64,000 nucleotides of DNA from the human T2T-CHM13v2.0 reference genome, Homo sapiens: assembly GCF_009914755.1 (NCBI RefSeq), contig NC_060936.1, one strand, 5' to 3'. The notes beneath the pieces are model-generated. The model did not search any database. It saw only the letters and a program-made list of their open reading frames with translations, and had not been told where the DNA came from. Made by a program: the position numbers and the translations under genes. Positions 12,561 through 30,501 of the stretch are shown piece after piece; within the stretch, counting starts at the first letter, position 1; each line of letters starts with the position of its first letter.

Positions 12561-15500
12561 TTCCTGTCTTTGATGGCCCTATTTCCAGTTAGTTAATTAT
12601 ATACATTATCTGTCTTTTCCATGGGATTATAGCAACTCCCTTGAAGACCAGGGCATGTTCATTTTCATAAATGTGGATAATGATATATCAATTTATACAA
12701 GATTCTTATGAGGATTAAATGAGACAATACATACTAGCATAGTGTCAGGCAGATAATAAGCACCTAATAACTTGTTAGCTTAATTGTTACTATTATTGTT
12801 ACCATGTCAGGTGCCATGAATAAAGCCTTGCACATAAATTCTGAATTCAGGTTCATTTCTGAGGAGCAAATGAAATGGGTGAGGATCTGATGGAAGAAAC
12901 AAACACTGCTTTGGTTTGGCATTTCCCACAGTATCACTTAATCAAAAGCAACAAGAATTAAGAAAGTTTCTATAATAGGATCTATTGATTCCTTTATCTT
13001 TCTATCACCACATAAACATTAGGAAAACTTCCTGTTCTATTCAAAACTCTTACAGCTTTCTTACTTTCTTCCTGCCATCTCCTTCGCAGTTTGACAAGGT
13101 TCTTCTCTGAGAATTCAGTACATATCAAGTACTGAGCTAGAAGAAGAAAATTACAAAAGTAAATGGAAGCACAGAGGGCAAAATAAAATCTTAAATTTTG
13201 GTGTTTATAAACATAGTGAAACACTCCCTTTTCTCTTCACAGAATTTAACCGTATGTTAAGTCATCGTATTTATTTGTGTGTCAATCATCCTCTACTAGG
13301 AGGAAAGCTCTTAGAGGAGGCAATCTATCCATCCTATTCACTGCTATCCCCCAGGGCCTAACACATATCTGATGTAGAGTAGTCACTCATGAAATATTGT
13401 TTAATTGACTGATTGCAAATGTTTGTATTTATGTATGTATACACATCTATATTTTTATACATACATGACACCATTCCATGATTTGTGAATAAATGCACCT
13501 ATATCTCAACATATAAGTGCACCTTGTGCATTTGTGTGCATATATCTGTATTTATGCAGAAGATGTTTCAGACTGGAGAAAAACAGATGCTTGTTTGTCA
13601 AAGTTGTGTCTCCTTAACATGATAATGGCTTCTGACTGACTGGTCTAATATTTAACAAATAAACACTACTGCCATATACTGACAATCCAAATGTTAAAGA
13701 ACATTAAATGTGCAGGTAAAAAATAATTAACTCAAACCATGAAACTTCTCCTACCTTTCAAAATGTCTTGTCCCTGTTCATTAGCGTTAAGTGTACATGG
13801 CTGGGGAGAGGGGTAGGGACCAATAATGTTTACCTGTAAATCTGGCAGGAGAAACATTCCAAATTCTCATGGGTTGCCCAGATTTCCTTATTTAAGTTGT
13901 AACATATACCAGAAATATAATTTATAACAATTATAAGGCAACCATTTTCTGGGTACACAATGTACCAGATACTTGGCATCAGTTTTTATTAAAAATGTAA
14001 ACCTTCTAACAACTCTGCAATGTAGATAAACAAGAAAGCCAGGACTCAAAAAATATACTAACTTGCCAAAGATTCTCTGCTGTTTATCTAGTCACAGCAT
14101 ACTCAGTGTAGAAATTCAGAATTCTACTCTGAAGCTCAAACTTATTTCAATAAGCAATGGTGCCTTTTACATGGTTTTACAGCCACTAACTTTGAGGGAT
14201 ATGTGTTTAGGTAGTTTTCATAGTGTGTGGATTTTAATAAGTAATTCTCTGCACATAGAGACCAGACCAGATAACAGCCAAACACACTGAAAATTACTCC
14301 AGGCTACAGAAAGCAAGGAACAAATGTGTCTCAGAAACTATCAGCCTGTGTGTCTCAGAATTTGAAGCATTTTCCACTTGACTGTATCCTCCAACAAGAA
14401 ATCTATCCTCTAAGAGGGCTTCATTATTCCTCCTCCTATATTAAAAAAATGGACTCTTTCATTGCAAACCAATGGGAAGTTCTTAACTCATTTCCTTAGA
14501 TCACTTGAAATGAAAGTGCTTTCTGTCTTTAGGGAAAATAATTGCTGGATGTGATGCCTTTTGCCTGCTCTTGAGTCCCACAATCAATACTGTGAAGGAA
14601 AGAAAAAATTAACCCTTAGATACTTTTAGGAAGAGTGAGGTTATTTTTAAATTCAATGATGGTAGAGTTCTAAAAAGGGAGAAGGAAAGTCCTCCCTTCC
14701 AAGGAGAATGCAGTTGCCTTCCTCTAAACAAATTGGCTCTGTTATCTTTTTAATCCTCTTTCCAGGAGGAGGCCTGAGAAGGAGATGGAAACCATATGTT
14801 TAAAAAGTTTTTAAAAATGTATAGATGCTCCTGAATATTTGTAAATAACTGCAGTGAAAAATGTTTACATTAGAACTCACCTGCCCTTGCACTGATTAGA
14901 AAGATCCTCTACAGAGCAGAGGAGATCATTTCCAACCACCCAGACCACTACAATCACAGGAAGAAGCCAACAGCAGCATCTTCAGCCCCAGAGACTAAAG
15001 GTGAAAGGGGCACCTCGCAGTGGTGGAAGCACCCGTGTGTTCCCTCAACATGCCTGGGGAGGTGGAGAGGAAGGGGAAGCAGCTCTGCCTTCCCTCCAAT
15101 CTAACTACACAACCCCTGCTGCCGTAACTTATTTTTAGACATTTAATCTAAAATTCCCAGAAAGGAAGCGGATCTACAACCTCTGAGTGATCCTCAGAGT
15201 TCTGATTTCCAACCTGGCTTGGGCATTTTGTTTGTTTTCTGACTTCAGGTGCCTACTTAAAGTACATCTCCCATCTTCCAGAGGCATCCACAGCCTAAGC
15301 CAATAAAAAGAGCTGGGAGCTTTGGAGCTTTAAGTGATGAAAAATCCAGCACCCACAGGTCAAAAGTAATGACCTTGGGGAAGTTACTCATCCTTCTAAA
15401 GAATCAATTTGTGGTCAACAAGATGAGATAATAATACTAGAAAGCTGTTCGAGATTTCAACACAAAAATTGCACAGTATCGTCTCTTAGTAGACGTCAGT

Positions 15501-16024
15501 CAGTACTATGCACTTGCTGTGGGCACACTGCGCAAAGCTGCGGGATCCGTCCATGTTTCCACTGCCCATCACTCCGACGTTGGGGACTTATGTTACCGAC
15601 TGTGCACTCCACCTCGGGGAGATGCCTTTTACCTGCTTCTTGTTCCCTACAGCTTCAAATGTCTGCAGAGCCCAAGAGGTAAATTCTTATTAAGTGCAAG
15701 AGACTAAGTTATCCTGGGTTCTCCTTCCCTCTGTTTTGTTTATCCGTAAATTGTTAAATAAAACTCCGCTTTGGGAAGAAATGCGTCGAGTCTTTACATG
15801 CGCAAAGCAGGTGTCTGCACATCTCTGGGGATCAGGGGTGGGGAAGGAACCCTGACTAAAGTCTCCAGGTTGGGAATGGCACAAATGGAGGGAAAGGACA
15901 TGGAAGAGCGGATGAAAGGGATGCCTCTGCGAGACGGTGCAAGGCGGTCCTCGCCGGTGACCCTGTCCTCTGCACTCGGGGAGGAAAGGACGCTAGAGGG
16001 GAGGAGCCGCGAGGGCAGGAGTAC

Positions 16025-16260
16025 CTGAACGCTCTGGCCGCGGTCTGGTTCCTCCTCCACGCCGTGCCCTGTTGCAGCACCCCCTGCACGATCTCTTTCT
16101 CGTTGGGCAGCCGGTAGACGGGGAAGATGTAGAGCCAACAGAGGACCACGACACAGAGGGCACTGGCTCCCATGGGCAGCCGGGTCCGCGGGAACTTCCA
16201 CGCCAGTACAGCCATGGCCCCTCTGGACGTTTGTCGCCGGGCCCGCCCGCAGGGGCTCAT
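16025..16260 (-). CDS. ST8SIA1: ST8SIA1 coding exon 1 (GD3 synthase N-terminus: cytoplasmic tail, TM anchor, start of stem)
   Basis: Translation MSPCGRARRQTSRGAMAVLAWKFPRTRLPMGASALCVVVLCWLYIFPVYRLPNEKEIVQGVLQQGTAWRRNQTAARAF(R) is recognised as the ST8SIA1 N-terminus (type II membrane anchor ALCVVVLCWLYIFPVY, NQT sequon). The exon ends at TTCAG|GTACTC (GT at 16024-16023); 236 nt, phase 2. The ORF-track continuation past FR is intronic read-through. Confidence 0.97.
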
Positions 16261-16789
16261 CGCAGCCCCGGCGTCCCAGGGGCGGGGGCCGGGGCCTCAG
16301 CACAAAGCTAGGCGAAGTGGCAGCGGAGGGTCCCCCACCGCCAGCCCCCCATGCACACACACCTTTGGTTCTCTTACTTGCAAACGCACGCACGCTTCTT
16401 CGGCCCCGTCGGCCCCAAAGGTCAGCGCAAGGATTTTTTCAAATGCAACTTTTCCAAGGATTTCTTTCTAGGGGAAGTGGCTGGGGGTGAAGTCACGATC
16501 TATGGCCATGGTCGCTTCCCCTGCAGAAGGCGGGCGCTGGGGTCTCCGAGTGCGCAGAGAGCGGCGGCGGCGAGTCGCTCCCGCCGGTTCTGCAGCATCA
16601 CGGTCGCCCTCGGCGAGGGTCCGGGAGAAGGCTCGGCTCCCTCCTAAACATGTGGCCCGTGGCGTCCCCTTGTCCCCTCCGAGCGATGCTCCTGCGCCCT
16701 TCGCCGCCTCCCGCGCTGCTGCGCCGCCAGGCAACCCCCCCCCCCCCCACCCCGCCCCGAGACGCGCTCTCTGCGCCGCACCAAGTCCT

Positions 16790-16801
16790 TGGAAATTTCC
16801 A
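16790..16801. promoter_or_regulatory. Palindromic NF-kB(RelA)-like motif TGGAAATTTCCA
   Basis: Perfect 12-bp palindrome with a GGAAATTTCC core, near the presumed TSS region; motif match only. Confidence 0.45.
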
Positions 16802-17343
16802 CGGCGGCCCGGGACCGCTATCCTGCCCCGGGCTCCTCCGCCTCGCCCGCCGGGACCCTCGCTCCCCACCCCTCCCGGAGAAGAAAAGAACTCGCTCTCA
16901 TCAGTTAATTCAGCGGCGCGCCGCAGCCTTCCGCTGCGCCCCGGACTTCGCAGACAAACGCCCGGGGATTGGTGGAAATCAAGGTCTCCCCCTCCCTCCC
17001 CCACCCGCAAAATTGCCTCCTTCGACCCGATCCGAGCCGCGACACTCGCCCAGAGCGCGCACCCCTCACTCGTGCCCTTGTTCTTTGGAGATAACGGCAG
17101 ACAATAAAAACCAACAGCCCCCCGCCAATAGAAATATATCAGTCCCTGAGTGTGGCGGAGACTGGCTAATATCCTGATCCTTCGACAAGCGGCCGGTGTG
17201 CCCAGGCTGTCACCCTGCTGCCGTCACCCTAGTCTTTCTCTAGCTGGTTGGATATTAACCCGCAGCCAGGCGCGAGGAGGCTGGCGGAGATTTATTCCTT
17301 CCTGGGCCCCCACCCCCATTAGCCGGTCCCGGAGCCGCGGCCC

Positions 17344-17362
17344 GTGTGTGTGCGCGCGCGCC

Positions 17363-17402
<40 letters not shown>
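17344..17402. repeat. (GT)n(CG)n...(CA)~18 alternating purine-pyrimidine tract, potential Z-DNA
   Basis: gtgtgtgtgcgcgcgcgcccgcacacaca... about 1.1 kb upstream of the ATG. Confidence 0.9.
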
Positions 17403-17404
<2 letters not shown>

Positions 17405-18642
17405 CACGGGCGCAAGCGAGCGCGCGCACGAGGAGGTGCGTGCACTCCGGGGTCCTCCGCCTCGCCTCCTCCCTGAAAGGAAGTGCTGCATCCAGATGTG
17501 CAGGCAGCTGGTGCCCAAACACTAGACCTCAAGATGTCACATTGCCTTGGAGGCGCGCGGCCTTTTAGATTAAAGGACCGTTGGTTCTTAGACGTCCTTC
17601 TTGCCCTTCTTGCTTGTGATAAGCGATAAGCTTATCGCAACCCCGACCTTGGAAAAGCACCACCCGCCTTGACCCACCGAGCCGAGAGAGTCGCTGTTAG
17701 CCATTTCTGCTCGCCCCGGCGGCCGACGCATAGCTCGGGTACCTCCTAGCGGTCGCCTATTCTATTTGCTTAAGCATCTCGTCAAGCATAAAGTGTGCAA
17801 GGACAAAGAAGAAACCTGGTCAGCTTAGTCATCACGAAAACAAAATCTAAGGCTATAACTCCATTTGTTCAGCCGACCAGGCTGCGGTGTCTGGTACCTT
17901 TGTCTAGCATCCGTCTCCACTGAGAGGTGGAACTTGAGAAGTTGATGCAAAGTTATTTACCAAAAGCGAAGTAGCATCCCAGATGACCACTTTAGTGTCA
18001 TTTTCTCAACAATACTGTGCTCTTAGTTGAGTGACCTACTGCCCTCCACCGGCAGGCATGCCCCAGAAATCTCTGTCCTACTTAGGTAAATCAGTAGAGA
18101 CAGGGGAAACCTTGAAATCCCAGTCACATCTTACCACAGTGGAGGCTGATACAGATTCTTTAAAATGAAGATCATCTTAAGTCCTGCAAAGTAACCAGCC
18201 AACTCTCTTCTATCCTGGAAAAGGGGAAGGGAAGGGGGGGCTTTTCCTACTTGCCTGGGCTTTGGATAAATCATCTGCCATCTTTGATCTTATAATTTAA
18301 GTAAAACACAAACCATTCCCATTTTTCTTCCTCAAGTTCAAGGACTATTTGTAGAGTAAATAACAAAGAAATAAACTGACAAACAAAACTAGGGCATATT
18401 ACAGTTATGAAGGGGCTATGTAAATGTTTCCCTATATAATATCATAAGAAGGCATTAAAGTCATGCTTTACATCAAAAGATCTGTGTGACACAATGTGCT
18501 GTTTTTCTTTCTTCTGCAAACTAAGAATTCTCTTACCTTGGTGGGCTTCTGCCCACCCAACAATCCAAACTTATTCCCTGCTTTTTCTTAACATGAGCAC
18601 CAAATCTAATCAGGTCATCGCTCTCACCCTTCCAAGTCACAC

Positions 18643-19015
18643 TACATTGGTCCGTTCTCACATTACTATAAAGAATACCACTGAGACTGGGTAATTTGTA
18701 AAGGAAAGAGGTTTAATTGACTCACAGTTCCACATGGCTGAGGAGGCCTCAGGAAACTTACAATCCTGGTGGAAGGCAAAGTGGCATGTCTTACTTGGTG
18801 GCAGGCAAGAGGGAGAATGTGTGTGTAGGATGAACTGTCAAACACTTATAAAACCATCAGATCTCGTGAGAACTCGCTATCATGAGAACAGCCTGGGGGA
18901 AACAGCCCCCACGATCCAATCACCTCTCACCAGGTCCCACCCTGGACACAGGGGGGTTACGGAGATTACAATTCAAGATAAGATTTGGGTGGGGACACAG
19001 AGCCAAACTATATCA
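18643..19015 (-). mobile_element. THE1 (THE1C/D-like) MaLR solo LTR
   Basis: Reverse strand begins TGATATAGTTTGGCTCTGTGTCCCCACCCAAATCT; 5-bp TSD cacac at 18638-18642 and 19016-19020. Confidence 0.9.
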
Positions 19016-20203
19016 CACACAGGTCTCAGTTCTGTCACAGTGTTGTGATCCGCTCATGTGATGTGTGTTTGTTTTTGTTTTCTTTTTCTCCCCATGTATA
19101 AATCCAGTGCATTATTCAAGACCAAGCCAAGTTATCTAGAAAGTTCTCATTCAATAATGTGTTCCCAGGACACCTAAAACACAGACTTTATGAGAACTCA
19201 ATAAATATTTGTGGTATCTGCTTCTACTCTCTTTGACCTCCTGTTCTGATGTCATAGTATTTGCTGGCTCTGACTGATGATTAAACACTTAGTTGTGTTG
19301 TGTTGTCTTGTATTGCTAGTATTTTTCATATATAACTATGTCTCACCAACTAGGCAGGAAGGGGATTTAGTTTTATGTATCAAATGAAAAGCCTGTGCTT
19401 TTGATCAAATTAGGACTCCACAGGGCATGGCTAAGTGTCTAGGAGAAGAGCAAGAACAATATTTCACATTTTCTTCATGTTCCTCCAGGTATCAACTCAG
19501 GCACTTCAACAAATAATTGTTGCTTGGTTTTATAATGAGATCCTCAAACTTATTCAGTCTATTGCCAAGGCATCACTGTTTAAGGAAAAGTATGAACCCC
19601 CAAGTTTTAATGTTTTAAATAAAATATTTTAATTGATATTTAGCCATCTTGTTTGTATGACTTATAGTAAGTAGCTTAGGTATTCTTTTATACTTCTGCA
19701 TCTGAGTATGCTTAGCGGACACAAACAGGATTTCCTCAGGGACTAAACAACTTTTAAAACTCTATAAATGTGTAGTAGAAAAATGTAAAGGCAGGAGTCC
19801 AGATTAAACAGAATTGTCAGTGATTTGAGATAAAATTTTAAAAGGCCAATCTTCAGTCTCTGCTCAAGTTCTTCTTGTCAGAATGGCTTGGAATGGCCAG
19901 TCAAAAGCATAAAATGATGCCTGTTTCACAACCAATTACAACACCAAGGTAAATAAGGTTGTAGATTGAGAAAGGTTATAAATATAGTTTATCTGAATAA
20001 ATGCATTTATTTATCTCCACTCCCTATTGTGACCTCACTAAAAGAAGAGTAAAGGAGTAAAAGTGAAAAAGATTCAGAAGAACAAGAAAAAACGAAGGAA
20101 TACAAAAGCAGACAAAGGATGTCAAAAAGTTCACAAGCAGGAAAGCAATTAAACAAGTGTTAACTGACTTATCAGGAGAGAGAAAGGTCTGGGCCTTCAA
20201 GTA

Positions 20204-20207
<4 letters not shown>

Positions 20208-20256
<49 letters not shown>
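20208..20256. repeat. (GT)~24 microsatellite
   Basis: Read directly. Confidence 0.97.
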
Positions 20257-20258
<2 letters not shown>

Positions 20259-21576
20259 ACGTGCACAGAAAATTGAGGAGCATAGAGAGAAGCCAACAAG
20301 AATCAAGCTAATTTATACTAGAGAGTTCTTGAAAGGCTCAGAAACGAAGGCACCTAGGACCTCTGGAGATGGAGGTAATGAATGAAACAAACTAAGAGGT
20401 TTGTTGGAAATCTTTAAAAAGGAGCAGTTGAAACATCTAGATCTTATTCCCCAACTGGCTTAAAACGGGAGGTTAAATCTCTAGAGACTGACCAGCACAA
20501 AAGAGAAGACCTACAGATTCTGATATGTTTAAGAGATCTCCAATCGAATGGCCAAATCCCTGTCTAACACCCTCTAGTGAGACCCATTAGTGTATAAGCT
20601 CTGCCTACACCGAGTTTCGTGGCCTCTTTTTCAGGCCTCCTTCTTAAATATGAGGGGAGAGTCAAGGATCCCTAGACATTTGAAGAGAGTCTCCAACATG
20701 AAAGTAGAGACAAAACAAGCAAATAATCACACACAGAAATCAACTCTAGGAAAAAATGATAATGCAGGAAACATAAGAAATCTTCAATAAAAACCATAAT
20801 TAATATTCTCACATGGACTGAGACACAATCCAATGAAGCAAGAACAAAAGGAATGTTCAGATGACTAAAAATAAAGTCCTTTGAAACTTAAAATATGGTA
20901 ACAAAATATATAACAGAATTCATAGAAAAGTTGAATTACAAAGTTAAAGAAATATCCCAGAAAGTAGGCCAAAAATATAAAAGAGGGTAAACAAGATAAT
21001 AAATTATAGGCTCAAAGAAAAAATAAATATCCAAACAACAAGAAACAAAAAGCAGATTTTCAAAGACATACTAAAAAGAATCCTAAAATTTAAGAGTTCA
21101 TTAAGGACTCAATAAAATGAATTTTTTAAACCTACACCAAAGGTATATAACACTGAAATTTTAGAAAATAAGAAACAGAAAATAATGGAAGTTTAAAGAA
21201 GAAAATGCATGCAAAAGATTGGAAATTATGTTGGGATTAGATTTATTTAAAGCAAGAAAGCTGAAAATCAACAACTTTACTTGGGCTCAATAAAGAACTA
21301 AAGTTACAAGGCAATTCCCCTCTCCTCCAAAATGGAGAAATGGACAAATCCAGAGCCAGAGTTGAGGTATGTTTATCTGGAGCAGAAGATGTTGAAGCCA
21401 TAAACTGGTAGGAACGCTTCAGTGGTCATTTGGAATTGGCATAGTGGAATTGCTGGAGGCTAAGTGTGGACTAGAGTGAAAGGGAGAAACTCCTGGGGAT
21501 CACAATCAGGAAGTCCTGGAGATCATAGTCAGGTGGGCCTCCACACTTTTTATAGTTTTACCTCCAAGAATCTCAC

Positions 21577-22431
21577 TCACACAGGATGGGGGCCAGGGAA
21601 GTATTGGGTAAAAAAGGACAGTGTCCCTGGAGATGGCTCCACCCTCAGGCCTGTGCCCACAGACCTAAGTGAGAACAGGCACTCCTGTTTTCGTGCCCAA
21701 ATGTTGCATTTTCCAAGACTGCTCTGGCCTACCATGCCCCCCATCCTGTTCCCATATAAACCTAAGGCCTTAGCAGGCACAGACGCAAGCAGCTGAAGGT
21801 TGAGCGAAGCAGAAGAACACACCAGCAGACACCAGCAGACCGGCAGACCAGCAACGGCAGAACGACATGGCAGAGAAAGAAAGAAGAGCAGGGACATCTG
21901 GATGCCAAGAGGAGTTCGGCCGGGGGCGGTTAGAGAAGAGTCTGGCAGCTGGGCAGCCCAACTCCTGAGGAAGACCACATTTCCATTCCATCCCCCTCTT
22001 CCAGCTCCCCATCCATCTTGCTGAAAGCCACCCCCACCACTCAATAAAACTTTGCACTGATCCTTCCAGCCCACATGTGATCCGATTTTTCCAACACACT
22101 GGGTAAGAGCTCAGGATACAGAAAGCTGTCACACTGGCCCTCTGCCCTTGCAATAAGGCAGAGGGTCTATTGAGCTGATTAACACAAGCTGTCTGCAGAC
22201 AGCAAAGCTGAAAAAGCACACTGTAACACATGCCCACTTGGGCTTCGGGAGTCGCAGACACCCATCCCTAGATGCTGCCATGGGGCCAAAGCCCAAAAGT
22301 GCTCCACACAGCCTCTGCACCTACCCATCTGCATGCTCCCCCTAGGAGTTTGAGTAGCAGGGCCACCGAAGGCGCAAGCCACACCCCTGTTGCATGTCCT
22401 GTGAGGAGAATAAGGGAACTCTCCTGTTTCA
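21577..22431 (+). mobile_element. LTR1-family (ERV1) solo LTR
   Basis: ...ctaagtgagaacaggcactcctgttttcgtgcccaaatgttgc..., TATA-like cccatataaa (~21752), AATAAA at 22043, ends ggaactctcctgtttca; tcac/tcat flanks. Confidence 0.8.
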
Positions 22432-23819
22432 TCATCAGGTTTTCAGGAAGAGAAACTGAGAAAGATCATCTTAAGGTTTTACATGGGTAGGGAAGAGTAA
22501 CCACTGTGAAATATACCCAGAAGATTATCTACAACAAAGCCCTACTCTTCAGGGCAGAAAACCTTACCATATCATTATCTCATCTCAGGGAAGGGCATTT
22601 CTTCCACTCCAATCCCCTCTAGGCTTTCTATCTCTCCTAAGCTGGGAAAATAAAGCTAAGAAACACTTGCAAAGTTCATTGTCCAAGGACACAGGGCCAC
22701 TAAACACTAAAATGTAATAATAAGATTATAGAACATTTCTCATCTCCCACACCTTATCACCACACCAGTATGGCTCTGATATAGTATCAACGGATTACAG
22801 CTGAAAAAGATATAAGACACAGATTCTCTCTGAGGAGAAGTACTTAGACAAGCCCAGACAGGAGAAACAAAAACTAGAACATTGGAGAAATTTGAAGACT
22901 GATACTCACAGCTATAGCAAACATTAAACACAGCCCAAATCTTAGCCAAATTAACATAAAAGTTCACACTTGAAGGCCTGTTTACCTTTGCTTGTATTAC
23001 CCAATACATCATATCTGCCTTTCAACAAATAATTACAAGGCAAGAAAAAAATTCTGAAGAGACAAAACAAGCATCAGAACCAGTCACCACACAAAACATA
23101 AGGCATACATGTTGGAATTATTGGACAGAGAATTTAAAATCACTATGATTAAGATGTTAAAGGCTTTAATAAAGAAGTAGACAACATGCAAGAACAGATG
23201 GCTGATGTAAGCAGAGGCATGGAAACTCTAAGAAAGAATCAAACAAAAATGCTAGAAATCAAACCCACTATAACAGAAATGAAGAATGCCTTTGATGGGC
23301 TCATCAGTGATTAGATCTGGCTGGGGAGAGAATCAGTAAGCCTGAAGACAATAAAAATTTGCCAAGCTGAACCACAGGACAATTTCAAAGGGTGTAACAT
23401 AAAAGTAATTGGAATACCAGGGGAAAAAAAGAAAGAAAAAGGAACAGAAGAAATATCCAAAGGGATAACAGCTGAGAATTTTCCAAAAGTAATGACAGAC
23501 ACCAAACCACAAATTCAGGAACCTCAGAGAACATCAAGCATGATAAATCACAAAAAAAAAAATACATGGGTATATCATATTCAAACTACATAAAACCAAA
23601 TACAAAGAAAAAAGTCTTGAAAGAAGCCAGAGTGGAAAAAAACACCTTACCCATGGAGGAAAAAGTTAAGAATTACAACTGACTTTTCATCAAAAACCAT
23701 ACAAGTAAGCAGATAATGGAGGGAAATACTTAAACTGTGAGGGGGAAAATCACAACCTAAGATTCTAAATTGAGTGAGATTATCTTTCAAAAGTGAAAGA
23801 TAAATAAATACTTTCTTCA

Positions 23820-29405
<5,586 letters not shown>

Positions 29406-29574
29406 ATAAATAAATACTTTCTTCAACAAAAACTGAACTGATTCATCACCAATAGATTGACCCTGAAAAAAATATTGAAAAAAGTTCTTCAGAAAGAAAG
29501 AAGTGATACAGGTGAGAAACTCCAAGCTACATAAAAAAAGAAAGAGCATTAGAGAAGGAATACATTGAGGTACA

Positions 29575-29890
29575 AGCCAGGTTCAGTGGCTCATGCCTGT
29601 AATCCCAGCACTTTAGGAGGCCAATGTGAGAGAATTGCTTGAGCTCAGGAGTTCAAGACAAGCCTGAGCAACATAATAAGTCCTCATCTCTACTAAAAAA
29701 AGTTTTTAAAAATTGGCTGGGCCTCATGGCATGTGCCTGTAGTCCCAGCTACTCAGGAGACTAAGGCAGGAGAATTGCTTGAGCCCAGGAGGTCAAGGCT
29801 GCAGTGAGCCATCATCATGCCATTGAACTCTAGCCTGGGTGACAGAGCAAGAGCCTGTCTCAAAAAAATTAAATTAAATTAAATTAATTA
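29575..29890 (+). mobile_element. Alu (AluJ-like)
   Basis: gccaggttcagtggctcatgcctgtaatccc...gaggtcaaggctgcagtgagcc; (TTAAA)n tail. Confidence 0.9.
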
Positions 29891-30192
29891 CGGCATAATA
29901 AAATGTTTTATTTTTCTTATTTTTAATTCAACTAAAAATAATTTTTAAGAGTGATAGTAATAACAACATATAGAATGATCATAGCATACAGATAAGCAAA
30001 GTGAATGATAGCAATATCATAAGAATCAGGAGGGAGGAATTGGAAATGCTCTGTTATCAAAGATACCTGTACTACACTTGAAGATGTATAGTGTTATTTG
30101 AAGTTAGACTTAGAAGAGTTAACAATATATGTTGAAAATAAGAGTTGAAAAAACTCAAAAAATATATATTGCAATCTCATATCATATAACTG

Positions 30193-30501
30193 ATAAGGCA
30201 GAGGGTCTATTGAGCTGATTAACACAAGCCGTCTGCAGACAGCAAAGCTGAAAAAGCACACTGTAACACATGCCCACTTGGGCTTTGGGAGTCGCAGATA
30301 CCCATCCCTAGATGCTGTCATGGGGCAAAAGACCAAAAGTGCTACCCACAGCCTCTGCATCTGCCCATCTGCATGCTCCCCCTAGGAGTCTGAGTAGCGG
30401 GGTCACCGAAGGAGCAAGCCATACACCTGTTGCATGTTCTGTGAGGAGAATAAGGGAACTCTCCTGTTTCATCACCAAGTTTTCAGGAAGAGAAACTAAG
30501 A
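30193..30501 (+). repeat. 309-bp local duplicate of 22153-22461 (LTR1 3' end plus flank)
   Basis: Ungapped alignment at offset 8040; about 20 mismatches counted by hand. Confidence 0.93.

Larger units (their letters stand above)
1..16024 (-). other. ST8SIA1: ST8SIA1 intron 1 (partial; exon 2 lies beyond the left edge)
   Basis: Downstream of the exon 1 donor. No exon-2 coding sequence (RKQMEDCC...) was seen in the ORF track or sequence. Confidence 0.85.
15930..17760. promoter_or_regulatory. CpG island / TATA-less promoter and 5'UTR of ST8SIA1
   Basis: Very high GC and CpG density against AT-rich flanks; several GC boxes (GGGGCGGGG); spans exon 1. Confidence 0.92.

Noticed and set aside
15794-17568. 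Many overlapping 70-206 aa ORFs
   Set aside because: Expected in a GC-rich CpG island with few stop codons; only the ST8SIA1 frame is recognisable.
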